A DNA stretch of 64,000 nucleotides from an uncultured Spirochaetota bacterium (GCA_963781885.1 CAWAHW010000005.1:192001-256000), one strand, 5' to 3'. Counted from the stretch's first letter, positions 20,378 to 30,914 are shown. Numbers and translations are program-made. Notes: generated from the sequence alone by a model not told the origin.

Positions 20378-21146
20378 AATAGATGAGTGTGATGATGGCA
20401 TCGGCAATGAAACACAGGACGAAGCCCTGACCGACCGCCTTGATCGCGGCGCGCGGGATCTCTGTCACCGACGCGCTCACCTTGAAACCCTGGAACGTCG
20501 CAACGACCGGTATGATCACCCCGAAGGCAAAGGATTTCACGAGCATGGAGACGATGTCGCGGGCCTGGAGGGCGCGCAGGAGCTCGCGGAAGTATTCCAC
20601 GATGGGAATGGGGTTGATGAGCTGGGCGACGAGGAAGGAGCCGATGAGCCCGAAGAAGTTGAAATAGATCGTGAGCGCCATGACGGAAATCGTGACCCCG
20701 AGCACGCGGGGCACCACGAGATAGGAGATGGGATTGATCCCCACCGAGACGTAGGCCTCGATCTCGTGCGAGACGACCATGTTGCCCAGCTCCGTCGCGA
20801 TCGCCGTCCCCGACCGCGCAATGATGACGAACGCGGTCAGGAGGGGACCCAGCTCCCGGGTGATCACGATGATGAGGATGTTGTACATGAGGGTCGTCTG
20901 TCCGAATCGGGGGAGGATGGAGCCTCCCTCCACGATGATCACCGCGCCGATGGAGAGCGCGATGAGGGCGAGCACGTTGAGCGCTTCCACGCCTGTAAAG
21001 AGAATCTGCAGGATCAGAACCTTGAAGGCGACCTGTTTGCGCCGCATGAAGAGCGCGGTCTCTTTGACGACCTGGTAGAAAAAGCCCAGCGCGTAGGCGT
21101 AATCACGCACCTTGCGGTGTGCCCAGTTGCCGAGCGCTGCGACCAT
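20370..21146 (-). CDS. mlaE: MlaE family ABC permease
   Basis: RELGPLLTA...GTAIATELG...EIEA...YLVVPR. Confidence 0.92.
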   Translation of the reverse strand: MVAALGNWAHRKVRDYAYALGFFYQVVKETALFMRRKQVAFKVLILQILFTGVEALNVLALIALSIGAVIIVEGGSILPRFGQTTLMYNILIIVITRELGPLLTAFVIIARSGTAIATELGNMVVSHEIEAYVSVGINPISYLVVPRVLGVTISVMALTIYFNFFGLIGSFLVAQLINPIPIVEYFRELLRALQARDIVSMLVKSFAFGVIIPVVATFQGFKVSASVTEIPRAAIKAVGQGFVLCFIADAIITLIYYV

Positions 21147-21161
21147 GCCGGGGAGTATAGT

Positions 21162-22004
21162 TCAGCCGTCGTGCCGTGGCAAGAAAAGCCTGTCGAGCAG
21201 CGCGTCGGCAACCTCGCGGCCCGCGGTGCTGAACCCAAGCTGCCGCTGCGGCACGTGCGGGCCATGGAAGTCGGAGCCGCCCGTCACGGCCATGTCCAGC
21301 TCCCGCGCGAGCTTCTCGAAGCGGTGTGTCTCTTTCAGCGTATGGTTGGGGTGCCACGCCTCGATTCCGCCGACCCCCTGGTCCCGGCAGGCGGAGAAAA
21401 AAGTGCGCAGGGCCGGCCCCCGTATGCCCAGCGAGACGGGGTGGGCGATGACTGCCACGCCGCCGGCCGCGCGGATGGCGGCGGTGGCCTCCCGGAGGGG
21501 CAGGCAGGCGCGCGGCTCGTAGTAGGGCATGCCCTTGCCAATGAGCCGCTTGAACGCGGCATCGATGGAATTGACGACCTTCTTCCGGGTGAGAAGCTGC
21601 GCGATATGCGCCCGGCTCACGATGTCGCCGCCGGCCATTGCCGCAAGCTCTTCCATCGTGATGTCCATGCCCGCCGCGCGCATCTTTTCGACCATGCGCT
21701 CGTTCCTTGTCCTTCGCGACTGCTGGACGGCCGCCAGCGCGCCTGCAAGGATTTTCCGATCGCCGTCCAGGCCGACACCGAGAAGGTGAAACTCGCCCGT
21801 CTCCAGCTCTATCTCGATCTCCACGCCGGGGACGAAGCGCAGCCCGCTGCCGTCTGCGCGCGCCCGCGCGCGGTCGAGCCCGTCCAGGGTGTCGTGGTCA
21901 GTCAGGGCGAGCGCGCGCAGACCCCGCTGGATCGCAAGCTCGATCAGCTTTTCCGGCGGGTACGCGCCGTCGGACGCCGTGGAGTGGGTGTGAAGATCTA
22001 TCAT
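21162..22004 (-). CDS. PHP domain phosphoesterase (TrpH/YciV-like)
   Basis: IDLHTHSTASDG, LTDHDT, GVEI, AHP, GGSDFHG. Confidence 0.92.
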   Translation of the reverse strand: MIDLHTHSTASDGAYPPEKLIELAIQRGLRALALTDHDTLDGLDRARARADGSGLRFVPGVEIEIELETGEFHLLGVGLDGDRKILAGALAAVQQSRRTRNERMVEKMRAAGMDITMEELAAMAGGDIVSRAHIAQLLTRKKVVNSIDAAFKRLIGKGMPYYEPRACLPLREATAAIRAAGGVAVIAHPVSLGIRGPALRTFFSACRDQGVGGIEAWHPNHTLKETHRFEKLARELDMAVTGGSDFHGPHVPQRQLGFSTAGREVADALLDRLFLPRHDG

Positions 22005-22040
22005 TTGACATGATAATAATTCATTGCGTAAGCTCGATCC
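22005..22040. promoter_or_regulatory. Compact divergent promoter region (PHP gene / aroA)
   Basis: Plus strand TTGACA-N18-TAAGCT 6 nt before the aroA ATG; minus strand TATTAT/TATCAT just before the PHP ATG. Confidence 0.55.
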
Positions 22041-23337
22041 ATGGACCCGATCTTTCGTGCACCGCGCGGGCTGGGCGGCAGCCTGCGTCCGCCGCCGGAC
22101 AAATCCATCACGCATCGGGCCCTGATGCTCGCCGGCGTGTCCTCGGGTCCGTGCCGCATCACCCATCCTCTGGCAACGGGCGACTGCATCTCCACCCGCG
22201 CGCTGCCTGGAAGCGCTGGGTGCCGCCTTCCGCGAATCGCGGGAGGGCCTGGAAGCGCAGGGCGTTGGTCTGCGGGGGCTGCGGGAGCCGCCGCGCGTTC
22301 TGGACGCCGAGAACTCGGGCACGACGACGCGGCTCCTCAGCGGGCTCCTTGCCGGGCAGCCGCATTTTGCAGTTCTCACCGGGGATGCCTCCCTCCTCAC
22401 GCGTCCCATGGGCAGGGTCGTGGAGCCGCTGCGAAAGATGGGAGCCTCCATCCAGGGCAGGGAAGGGGGCCGGTACGCACCGTTGTGCTTCCTTCCCGGC
22501 ACCGGCGCCCTTGCGCCCCTAGAGTGGAAGCTTCCCGTTCCCAGCGCGCAGGTGAAAAGCTGCCTGCTTTTCGCGGGGCTTCGCGCCACCGGGCCGTCCA
22601 CGATCGGCGGAATGACGGCCTCCCGTGACCACACCGAGCGGATGCTCCGTCACCTGGGTGTTCGCCTGGAGGAGCATGAAGGGACGCTCACGGTCCATCC
22701 GGTGAAAAGCCTGCCGGGTTTCGACGTCGTGGTGCCGGGCGACATCTCATCGGCGGCATTCTTCATCACCGCCGCCCTCATTGGAGGCCGCGAGCTTTCG
22801 ATTGCAGGCTGCGGGATCAACCCGACGCGCGCGGGCTTCCTGGAGGTCGTGCGCCGCATGGGCGCGCTCGTCACGACGCGGCAGGACGGCGAATCCCTCG
22901 GTGAGCCGGTGGGCACGATCGCGGTTTCTCCGGGCGATCTGCGCGGGACGACCGTTACGCCGGCGGAGGTTCCCGACCTGATCGATGAGATACCGCTGCT
23001 TGCCGTTCTGGGGCTTTTTGCGCGCGGCGTGACCGTCGTACACGGCGCGGAAGAGCTTCGCTTCAAGGAGAGCGACCGCCTGCAGATGATCGCCGCGATG
23101 GCGGAAGGCCTTGGCGGCAGGGTGGAGCTGCACGCGGACGGGTTCTCCGTGGAAGGGCCGCAGGCGCTCCACGGCGGAGCAGTCGATCCCCGGGGCGACC
23201 ACCGGATCGCGATGGCAGCGGCCGTTGCGGGCGCCGGGGTGCGCGATGGCGTGAAGGTCACGGGTTTCGACTGTGCGCGGGTCTCCTATCCCAACTTTGT
23301 CCGCGATTTTCTCTCACTCGGGGGGGAGGTCGCGTGA
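22041..23337 (+). CDS. aroA: 3-phosphoshikimate 1-carboxyvinyltransferase (apparent +1 indel at ~22200)
   Basis: DKSITHRA, NSGTTTR, RPM, SAQVKS, RDHTERM, PGDISSAAF, IDEIP, KESDR, DHRIAM. Confidence 0.93.
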
Positions 23338-24377
23338 GCGCGGAGCTTTCCTTTTCCATCGGCGGGTCATCCACGGAGGTCGTGTTCGCCGACTCCCCGC
23401 TCTGCGCCGAGGCGTCACTCACCGTGTTCGACGAGACGACCAGGTCGCTTTTCGGCGCGGGCGTCGCCAATGCGGTAAGCATCCCACCGGGTGAAAAGGA
23501 AAAGGGCTGGCAGAGCGTCCATGCCGTGCTGGAGGAGGCCGCGCGGAAAGGGGTGGGCCGCGACGGGGTGATCGCGGGGGTCGGCGGCGGCGTGGTCTGC
23601 GACGTCACCGCCTTTGCCGCATCGATCTACATGCGGGGCTGCGGCCTCGTGCTCGCGCCGACAACCCTGCTCGCGATGGTGGATGCGTCGCTGGGCGGCA
23701 AGACCGGCATCGACTTCCTCGGCTACAAGAACCTCGTGGGGAGCTTCTATCCGGCGTCGCGCATCATCATCAGCCTTTCCGCCGTGCGGAGCCTTCCCCC
23801 GCGGGAATATCTCTCGGGGCTCGCGGAGGTCATCAAGACGGCCGTGATCGGAGACGGCGAGCTTTTTTCGATGCTGGAGAGCCGCCGTGAGTCTATACTG
23901 GCGCGGGAACCTTCCGTGGTCCGCGAGATGATCCGACGCAGCCTCACCGTCAAGGGAAGGGTCGTGGAGCAGGATCCCCGGGAGAAGGGGATCCGCGCCC
24001 TCATGAACCTGGGACACACGTTCGGCCACGCGCTGGAAAGCGCGACGGGTTTCAGCGCCTGGACGCACGGCGAGGCGGTGGCCTGGGGCATGGGCCGCGC
24101 CCTGGCGGCGGGGATCAATGCCGGCATCACGGACACCGCATTTGCAGAGCGCCTGCGGGCATTGCTTGTCTCCTACGGCTACCGGCTTTCGGCCGGCATG
24201 GGCTACGATCAGCTTGCGGCCGCTTTCGCGCGCGACAAGAAGCGCAAGGACGGCCGGACGCGCCTGGTGATACCGTGCGGCATCGGTGACATCCGTGTCC
24301 GCGAGGCCACGGTGGAGGAATGCGCCGCCGCGCTCGTCGATGAGCGGCCGCGGCTGAAGGAGCGGGGGTCGCCATGA
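23334..24377 (+). CDS. aroB: 3-dehydroquinate synthase
   Basis: GGGVVCD, PTTLLAMVDASLGGKTG, KNLVGSFY, NLGHTFGHALE, HGEAV, DKK. Confidence 0.95.
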   Translation: MSAELSFSIGGSSTEVVFADSPLCAEASLTVFDETTRSLFGAGVANAVSIPPGEKEKGWQSVHAVLEEAARKGVGRDGVIAGVGGGVVCDVTAFAASIYMRGCGLVLAPTTLLAMVDASLGGKTGIDFLGYKNLVGSFYPASRIIISLSAVRSLPPREYLSGLAEVIKTAVIGDGELFSMLESRRESILAREPSVVREMIRRSLTVKGRVVEQDPREKGIRALMNLGHTFGHALESATGFSAWTHGEAVAWGMGRALAAGINAGITDTAFAERLRALLVSYGYRLSAGMGYDQLAAAFARDKKRKDGRTRLVIPCGIGDIRVREATVEECAAALVDERPRLKERGSP

Positions 24378-25009
24378 AGATAGAAAAAAGCACCTTCGAA
24401 AAGTCGGTGCGCTTCTACGACCAGGGAGCCGTGATCTTCCGGGAGAACGACGAAGGCGGGGAGATGTTCATCATCATCCAGGGCGTCGTGGAGATCCGCA
24501 AGTCCACGGGACCCGCGTCGAGCAAGATCCTCACGACGCTCCAGAAAGGCGACATGTTCGGCGAGATGGCCATCATCGAGAAGCAGCCGCGCTCGGCGAG
24601 CGCGGTGGCCATCCAGCCCACGCGCGTGCTCGTGCTCAACGACAAGCTTTACGATTCGATGGTCGGCACCAATCCCGACTTCGCCCGCAAGATGAACCGC
24701 GTGCTCTCGGAGCGCATCCGGCGGGCGGATGCCATCATCCAGAATATCATGACCACGAACCGTCAGAACCAGCTCTGGACGGGGCTCATGCAGTATGCGC
24801 GGGAAAAGGGCGTCGCCACGTTCAAGGGCAACCGCGTGGGGATTGCGGACTTCACCATCTGGGCGGTTCAGCACCTGGGCATGAGCGACAAGGACGTGCA
24901 GGGCATTCTCGCCCAATTCCTGAAGCGCGAAATCATCGCCTTTTCCGCGCGGGGCAAGGATGAGATCATCGTCGAGATCAAGGAAGACATGGTGCTTCCC
25001 GAGGGGTGA
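24374..25009 (+). CDS. Cyclic-nucleotide-binding (Crp/Fnr-type) domain protein
   Basis: IFRENDEG, GDMFGEMAII...PRSASA phosphate-binding cassette. Confidence 0.88.
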   Translation: MKIEKSTFEKSVRFYDQGAVIFRENDEGGEMFIIIQGVVEIRKSTGPASSKILTTLQKGDMFGEMAIIEKQPRSASAVAIQPTRVLVLNDKLYDSMVGTNPDFARKMNRVLSERIRRADAIIQNIMTTNRQNQLWTGLMQYAREKGVATFKGNRVGIADFTIWAVQHLGMSDKDVQGILAQFLKREIIAFSARGKDEIIVEIKEDMVLPEG

Positions 25010-25048
25010 GCAGCGATTCTCATTGCAATGAATGCCGCGGCGTGAAGG

Positions 25049-27517
25049 CTACTCCTCCAGCATGTCGGAGATCAGGTGATAGAGCCGGGCGGCGGTCTCC
25101 TTGTTTTCCGCCGACAGCATTTCACCGGGCTCATCGGCAAGACGTTCCAGGCTCGCAAGCGTCTCCGTCCGCGCCGTGAGGAGGCTCTTTTCCGACTTGA
25201 ACCAGTAGTTGCCCTTCCAGTCCGTGTACAGGGTGAGGAAACCCAGGGACCGGGCCTTTTTCTGCAGCGGGCAGAGACAGAGGAGGCGCGGCAGGTTCGC
25301 GCAGATCTCCCTTCCCTGCGATGCAAACGGGTAGGTCTTTCCCTGCGGCCAGCTCTCCCAGACGCCTTCCTCCGTATGGATGTACGGCGCCAGTGACAAC
25401 ACGACTCCCAGCTTCATGCCGGAAAGTATTTCCCTGCCCTCCCAGAGGATCGTGCCCCGCATGTTCTTGTGGGCGGGAAGACTGGACGGGGAAATCTCCT
25501 TGAGCAAGGGGCGAAGCTTCTGCCAGTCCAGCGAGACGAGCTTCCGGCCGCCTTTGATCGTTTTGATCGGGAACGCCTGGCCGCCGATCTTTATCTGGTT
25601 CGTGAAGTCGCGCGGCTTCTCCTTCTCCTCCACGGGTGCGGCGCCCTTCACGAATGCGCTCTGCAGAAGCGGAGAGATGCGCCCCAGCATGGGCTTCTTC
25701 AGCGGCGAGACCGAGCGCGCGTACATGCGCGACGTCCGCACGATCTCTCCTGCCACGATGTAGGGCGGATTCTCGCGGAACATCAGCGATCCCGGGTGAA
25801 TCTGGATGCGGTCAGCAGTGAGGCTGCGATAGATTCCCTTGCCCGTCCGCTCGCAGACGAACTGGATGAGCCCGCGGGAGACGGCGCAGAGGAAGTCGTC
25901 CCAGGGGCCGCCGGAGCCTATGGGCACGCCGATGGCGCTCACGATCTCTTCGAGCTGGCCCTTGATGTTGGCGATCTCGTTCATGGTCCGCAGGTCGAGG
26001 TAATGCGTGTCGCAGAACCGGGCGCGGTTGCCCGAGCGCATGAATGCCTCGAATATGCGCTGGTAGGAGACGAAGTCCCCCAGCGGGTCGTGGAATGTAT
26101 GGTGGGCGCGCCGTGCCTCCAGCTCTTCTCCCGCGGGAAGGAGAAAGGGAGAGTTCACGGAAAGGAACGTGGCGGCGATGATGACTTCCTCGATGACGGA
26201 GGGATACGCCCGGATGGCCTCCACGATCATGCGCGCGTGCTTGGGCAGGATGGGGAAGGTGCACATCATCCGGCCGGTCTCCGTGAGGAGGCGCTCGTCG
26301 TCCAGCGCGTCCAGGAGCTTCAGGGTCTCCACCGCGGAGCGGATGCCGTCCTGGCCCGGGGGAGAGAGAAAATCGAACGATTCGAAGTCCTGGATGCCGA
26401 GCTCCGCCATGCGGAGCACCACCTCCGAGAGATCGGTGCGGAGGATCTCCTCCATGGTGTACTGGGGGCGCGCCTCCAGGTCCTTCCGCGTGTAGAGACG
26501 GTAGCAGACGCCGGGCGCGGTGCGTCCGGCCCGGCCGCGGCGCTGGTTGCACGACGCCTTGGACACCGGCACCTCGATGAGCGATTCGGTGAACGTGCGC
26601 GGGCTGTAGAAGTTCACCTTGCCCAGGCCCGTGTCGATGACGTGCACAACGCCGTCGATCGTGATGCTCGTCTCGGCGATGTTCGTGGCGACGATCACCT
26701 TGCGCTTGCCGGGGTACTCGTCGAAGACCTTCGCCTGGTCCTCGTGCGAAAGCCTGCCGTACAGCGGGAGCAGGGCAAGCTCCTGTTCCCTGTCCATGTC
26801 GGCGAGCATCTTGATGCAATCCTTGATGGCGAGCTCCCCGGGCAGGAAGATGAGGATGTCGCCCTGCTGCTTTTTCTTCATGACGCCGATGACGATGTCG
26901 AGGATGCGCGCCTGGAGGCTCTCCGTGTCGCCTTCCACCTCGGGCGGCGCGTAGACGAGCTCCACCGGGTACATGGGCGCCTCGATGCTCACGACGGGGC
27001 AGCCGTCGAAGTATTCCGAGAAGACCTCGACATTGATGGTCGCCGAAGAGACGATGACGCGGAACTCGGGGCGCGCCGCCAGGATCCCCTTCAGCATGCC
27101 CAGGATGAAGTCGATGTTGAGGCTGCGCTCGTGCGCCTCGTCGACCATGAGCACGCTGTAGCGCGAGAGGAGGCGGTCGCTCTTCAGCTCTTGGAGAAGG
27201 ATGCCGTCCGTCATGATCTTGATCACCGTCTCCAGGGAGGTCTTGTCCTCGAAACGCATCGTATAGCCGACGATCCGCGGGATCTCCGTCTTGATCTGAC
27301 GCGCGATGAACTCGGAAACGGAGACGGCGGCGATGCGGCGCGGCTGGGTGACGCCCACCACGCCGTTGCGGGTGTAGCCCGCCTCGTGGAGGATGAGCGG
27401 GATCTGCGTCGTCTTGCCCGAGCCCGTCGGGCTTTCCACGACGATGACCTGGTGGCTCGCCAGGGCCGCCAGGATCTTTTCACGCTGCTCGTAGACCGGC
27501 AGCTTGTAGGGATTCAT
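25049..27517 (-). CDS. hrpA: DEAH-box ATP-dependent RNA helicase HrpA
   Basis: GSGKTTQ, TQPRRIAA, DEAHERS, SAT, TNIAETSITI, QRRGRAGR. Confidence 0.93.
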   Translation of the reverse strand: MNPYKLPVYEQREKILAALASHQVIVVESPTGSGKTTQIPLILHEAGYTRNGVVGVTQPRRIAAVSVSEFIARQIKTEIPRIVGYTMRFEDKTSLETVIKIMTDGILLQELKSDRLLSRYSVLMVDEAHERSLNIDFILGMLKGILAARPEFRVIVSSATINVEVFSEYFDGCPVVSIEAPMYPVELVYAPPEVEGDTESLQARILDIVIGVMKKKQQGDILIFLPGELAIKDCIKMLADMDREQELALLPLYGRLSHEDQAKVFDEYPGKRKVIVATNIAETSITIDGVVHVIDTGLGKVNFYSPRTFTESLIEVPVSKASCNQRRGRAGRTAPGVCYRLYTRKDLEARPQYTMEEILRTDLSEVVLRMAELGIQDFESFDFLSPPGQDGIRSAVETLKLLDALDDERLLTETGRMMCTFPILPKHARMIVEAIRAYPSVIEEVIIAATFLSVNSPFLLPAGEELEARRAHHTFHDPLGDFVSYQRIFEAFMRSGNRARFCDTHYLDLRTMNEIANIKGQLEEIVSAIGVPIGSGGPWDDFLCAVSRGLIQFVCERTGKGIYRSLTADRIQIHPGSLMFRENPPYIVAGEIVRTSRMYARSVSPLKKPMLGRISPLLQSAFVKGAAPVEEKEKPRDFTNQIKIGGQAFPIKTIKGGRKLVSLDWQKLRPLLKEISPSSLPAHKNMRGTILWEGREILSGMKLGVVLSLAPYIHTEEGVWESWPQGKTYPFASQGREICANLPRLLCLCPLQKKARSLGFLTLYTDWKGNYWFKSEKSLLTARTETLASLERLADEPGEMLSAENKETAARLYHLISDMLEE

Positions 27518-27653
27518 CCTATTTTCACCTCACTCTTGTCCGGAAGCGTGCCGGCGCGTTACACTATACCCGGTAGGGAGGAGGACGCCAATCCTTACGC
27601 CGGGCAAAAAGGGAGCGCGCGCCGAACGCTTCGACCAGGAGGTCGCGGCATTC

Positions 27654-28730
27654 GTGCGGACCGTCCCGCTCATGGTGCCCCGCGAGATCGAAGCGCATGT
27701 GGCGGCATGCGGATACGTGGGGCAGGAGAAAGCCGTGCGCGCGATCTCCCTGGGCGCCTACCGTCACGTGAGCCGCCTGCGCCGCATCTGGCTGGAAGGC
27801 GCGCGCCGCGAAGAGCTGCCGCCCAAGACCACGATGCTTTTCGTCGGGCCCACCGGCTGCGGCAAGACCTATCTTGTCGAAATCCTTTTCCGCGACATCC
27901 TGCGGCTTCCCACCGTGGTCATCGACATGACGGGCTTCTCTGAGACCGGCTACGTCGGACAGGACGTCAATTCCATCCTGACGCGGCTTCTCTATGCCGC
28001 CGACATGAGTCTGGCATACGCGGCAACCGGCATCGTCTGTCTCGATGAGTTCGACAAGCTCGCGTCGGGCCAGAACAGCGCGGTATTCTCCGGCGCCGGC
28101 ACGACCAAGGACGTCTCGGGTCTCGGCGTGCAGCGGGAGCTCCTGAAGATGCTGGAAGCAATAGAAATTCCCGTGCCGCTGGAGTACACCCATTCCGACT
28201 ATGCGCCCAAGGCGGTCATGTCGACGCAGGACGTGGGCTTCGTCGCCTGCGGGGCATTCTCCGGTCTCAAGGGCATGATCGAGCAGAGGGGGGAGGAGCA
28301 CATCGGTTTCGGCCGCACCCCCCTGTCGGGAGAGCAGGAGCGCATCGCGGTCACCTACTCGGAGGATGATGTGATGCTCGCGCGCAACTTCATGAGCTAC
28401 GGCTTCCTCCCGGAGCTGATCGGCAGGTTCCGCCGCATCGTGCCGTTCGGCGCGCTGAGCCGCGAGCAGCTCTCCCAGATCCTCCGCAGCACGCTTCTCG
28501 TGCAGTACGTCAATGAGTTCCAGCTCGAAGGCAAGGAGCTGGTGGTGGAGGAGGGCGTGCTCGACCGCGTCGTGGAGGAGAGCCTCCGCAAGGAGACCGG
28601 CGCGCGGGCGCTCGAAGCCAGCCTCATGCGCTACCTCGAAGAGGCGGCATTCGAGGCTTTCTCCGAGCCGTCGCTTCGCCGCGTCGCTCTCACCCTGAAA
28701 GAAGACAGGATTGTCCACGATATCTCCTGA
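27654..28730 (+). CDS. clpX: ClpX-like AAA+ ATPase without zinc-binding domain (start uncertain; frame open upstream to ~27585)
   Basis: GPTGCGKT, GYVG pore loop, LDEFDK, KDVSGLGVQ, IGF loop, PELIGR, TGARAL. Confidence 0.8.
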   Translation: MRTVPLMVPREIEAHVAACGYVGQEKAVRAISLGAYRHVSRLRRIWLEGARREELPPKTTMLFVGPTGCGKTYLVEILFRDILRLPTVVIDMTGFSETGYVGQDVNSILTRLLYAADMSLAYAATGIVCLDEFDKLASGQNSAVFSGAGTTKDVSGLGVQRELLKMLEAIEIPVPLEYTHSDYAPKAVMSTQDVGFVACGAFSGLKGMIEQRGEEHIGFGRTPLSGEQERIAVTYSEDDVMLARNFMSYGFLPELIGRFRRIVPFGALSREQLSQILRSTLLVQYVNEFQLEGKELVVEEGVLDRVVEESLRKETGARALEASLMRYLEEAAFEAFSEPSLRRVALTLKEDRIVHDIS

Positions 28731-29583
28731 GCGGATCGTCGGGGCGGAAATCATGCGGCTCGTGGAGGAGCAGGTCGCCATGGGGCCCCGTGCGCCGGGC
28801 AGCGATGCGCACGAGCGGTGCGCCGCGATGCTGGAGGAGAGACTGCGCGCCCACACGGACGCCGTCACGCGGCAGGGCTTTTCCGTGAGCTTCCGCGGCG
28901 CGCAGGTGGACTGCACGAATGTCGTCGGGATCTTTGCCGCCGACGGGGCGGGACCGGCGCTCCCGCCTCTTCTCCTGGGCGCGCACTACGACACGCGCAT
29001 ACGAGCGGACCGCGAGGAGAATCCTGCAAGACGCGCGCTGCCCATTGCCGGTGCCAACGACGGAGGCTCCGGGACGGCGGTGCTCCTGCACCTGCTCCCC
29101 CGGCTTGCGCAGGCCGCTCTCCCGCGCGACGTGGTGGTTGCATTCTTCGACGCGGAGGACATGGGGAACATCGACGGCAAGGAGTTCGCGCTGGGGTCGA
29201 CGTGGCTTGCCGATCACCCGGTCGGCGGCTGCGTGCCGGCGGAGGCCATCGTGCTGGACATGGTCGGCGGCAGGGACATGGTGCTCGACGTCGACGCGTC
29301 CATCCTCGGCCATGCGCCCAGCCGGCAGCTCACGACGAGCCTTTTCCGCATTGGCATGGACAATGGGTGGGAGCCGTTCACCCGGGAGAAGAACAACAAG
29401 GTGAAGTACATCATCGCGGACCACAGCCCATTTGCGCGCCGGGGAACCGCGTCGGCCATCCTTATCGACATCGACTATCCCGAGTGGCACACCCTCGGGG
29501 ACCTGCCCGCGGCGATGTCCGCCGGGTCGCTCGCCATCACCGAAGAAGCTCTCTGGCTTTATCTATCGCGGCAGCCAGACTGA
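28711..29583 (+). CDS. M28 family peptidase (glutaminyl cyclase-like)
   Basis: AHYDTR, GANDGGSG, FDAED, LDMVG, DHSPF, WHT. Confidence 0.9.
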   Translation: MSTISPERIVGAEIMRLVEEQVAMGPRAPGSDAHERCAAMLEERLRAHTDAVTRQGFSVSFRGAQVDCTNVVGIFAADGAGPALPPLLLGAHYDTRIRADREENPARRALPIAGANDGGSGTAVLLHLLPRLAQAALPRDVVVAFFDAEDMGNIDGKEFALGSTWLADHPVGGCVPAEAIVLDMVGGRDMVLDVDASILGHAPSRQLTTSLFRIGMDNGWEPFTREKNNKVKYIIADHSPFARRGTASAILIDIDYPEWHTLGDLPAAMSAGSLAITEEALWLYLSRQPD

Positions 29584-30844
29584 GCCCGTCGTAGCTCTGC
29601 CGGGACCGCAGGTCCTTCAGGCCGACAATGCCCCCGGCCATCTCGGCGCTCCCGCAGACAAGCGCAAGGGGTATCGCCCTTTTCTCCGCGTACGCGAACT
29701 GCACCGCGAGCTTCTTCTGCTCGGGATAGACCTCGGCCGGGATGCCCGCGGCCCGCAGGGACCGCGCGAACGAATGATAGGTGCCGACGAGCGAAGGCTC
29801 GATGAGAAGCACGAGGACCGAGGACCCCGTTCCGGTTCCCCGGGAAAGACCCAGCTCTTCCATGGCGGCCATGAGCCTGTCGATGCCGATGGAAGCCCCG
29901 ACGCCCGGCAGATTCTGCCGGGTGTAGAGCGACGCCAGGTCATTGTACCTGCCCCCCGAGCAGACAGAGCCGATGTCGGGCAGGTCGGTGAGGAACGTCT
30001 CGAAGACGATGCCGGTATAGTAGTCCAGCCCGCGCGTGATTGAAGGATCGAGCGTGAAGGAATCCGCGACGCCGAGGTCTTCCTGCGCCTTGCGCAGGTC
30101 GGAAAGCCGTACGATGCCGTCGTTGTCCGCGCCGACCGCCCGCCGCATCTTTTCCAGCGTCGCCTCCTGGCTCGCCTCCAGGCGCGTGAAATCCACGATG
30201 CGTGCGGCGTTCTGCTCGCCGGCTATGTCGGCAAGCAGCGCGCGCGTCTTTTCTTCCCCAATCTTTCTTTGCTTGTCGATGGCCCTGAGAAGCTCGACGG
30301 ATTTCCCTTCCAGCCCCAACCGGGCAAGGTAGGCGTTGAAGACCCCGCGGTGCGCGTACCGGATGGACGATTTTTCCATGCCGAGCGACGTCATGCTTTC
30401 CTTCATGAGGAGGAGTATCTCCAGGTCCGCCGAGGCGGAGTCGGTGCCGACCACGTCGAAATCGACCTGCATGAACTCGCGGTAGCGGCCGCGCTGGGTG
30501 TTCTCCCCGCGCCATACCTTTGCCGCGTGCCAACGGCGGAAGGGCAGGCCGACCTCGGCGAGATGCGCCGCCATGAAGCGGGCAAAGGGGACGGTCAGAT
30601 CGAAGCGCATCGCCACGTCGCGGCCGCCATGATCCGTGAACCGGTAGACCTCCTTGTCCGTCTCGCCGCCGCCCTTGCCGAGCAGCACCTCCGCGAACTC
30701 GAGCACCGGTGTGTCGATGGGCACGAAGCCGAAGCCCGCGAATACTTTTTCCAGCTTCCGCACGATCGCGATGCGCTGCAGCTCCTTGTCGGGAAGGAAA
30801 TCGCGAAAGCCCTTGGGGATGCGCGGCTCGATGAGGTCGTTCAT
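29537..30844 (-). CDS. hisS: Histidyl-tRNA synthetase
   Basis: PKGFRDFLP, RFDLTVPFAR, WRGENTQRGRYREFMQ, RGLDYYTG, GGRY. Confidence 0.97.
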   Translation of the reverse strand: MNDLIEPRIPKGFRDFLPDKELQRIAIVRKLEKVFAGFGFVPIDTPVLEFAEVLLGKGGGETDKEVYRFTDHGGRDVAMRFDLTVPFARFMAAHLAEVGLPFRRWHAAKVWRGENTQRGRYREFMQVDFDVVGTDSASADLEILLLMKESMTSLGMEKSSIRYAHRGVFNAYLARLGLEGKSVELLRAIDKQRKIGEEKTRALLADIAGEQNAARIVDFTRLEASQEATLEKMRRAVGADNDGIVRLSDLRKAQEDLGVADSFTLDPSITRGLDYYTGIVFETFLTDLPDIGSVCSGGRYNDLASLYTRQNLPGVGASIGIDRLMAAMEELGLSRGTGTGSSVLVLLIEPSLVGTYHSFARSLRAAGIPAEVYPEQKKLAVQFAYAEKRAIPLALVCGSAEMAGGIVGLKDLRSRQSYDGLSLAAAIDKARELLR

Positions 30845-30914
30845 CCTGGAAGTAAATGCGCCGTCGGGGGACCTGTCAATGGCTCCGGCGGGAGCGGGGC
30901 GGGCCGCCTGCTTC

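Noticed and set aside
25020-25031. 12-bp palindrome TCATTGCAATGA
   Set aside because: Lies between convergent gene ends with no promoter context; may be part of a weak terminator
25469-27943. Long antisense ORFs (824 aa here; also 20313-22013, 12670-14496, 43240-45024, 61697-63442)
   Set aside because: Shadow ORFs opposite real genes, expected from high-GC codon bias; no recognisable motifs
29537-29583. 47-bp convergent overlap of hisS and the M28 gene
   Set aside because: Short tail-to-tail overlaps are common in compact high-GC genomes
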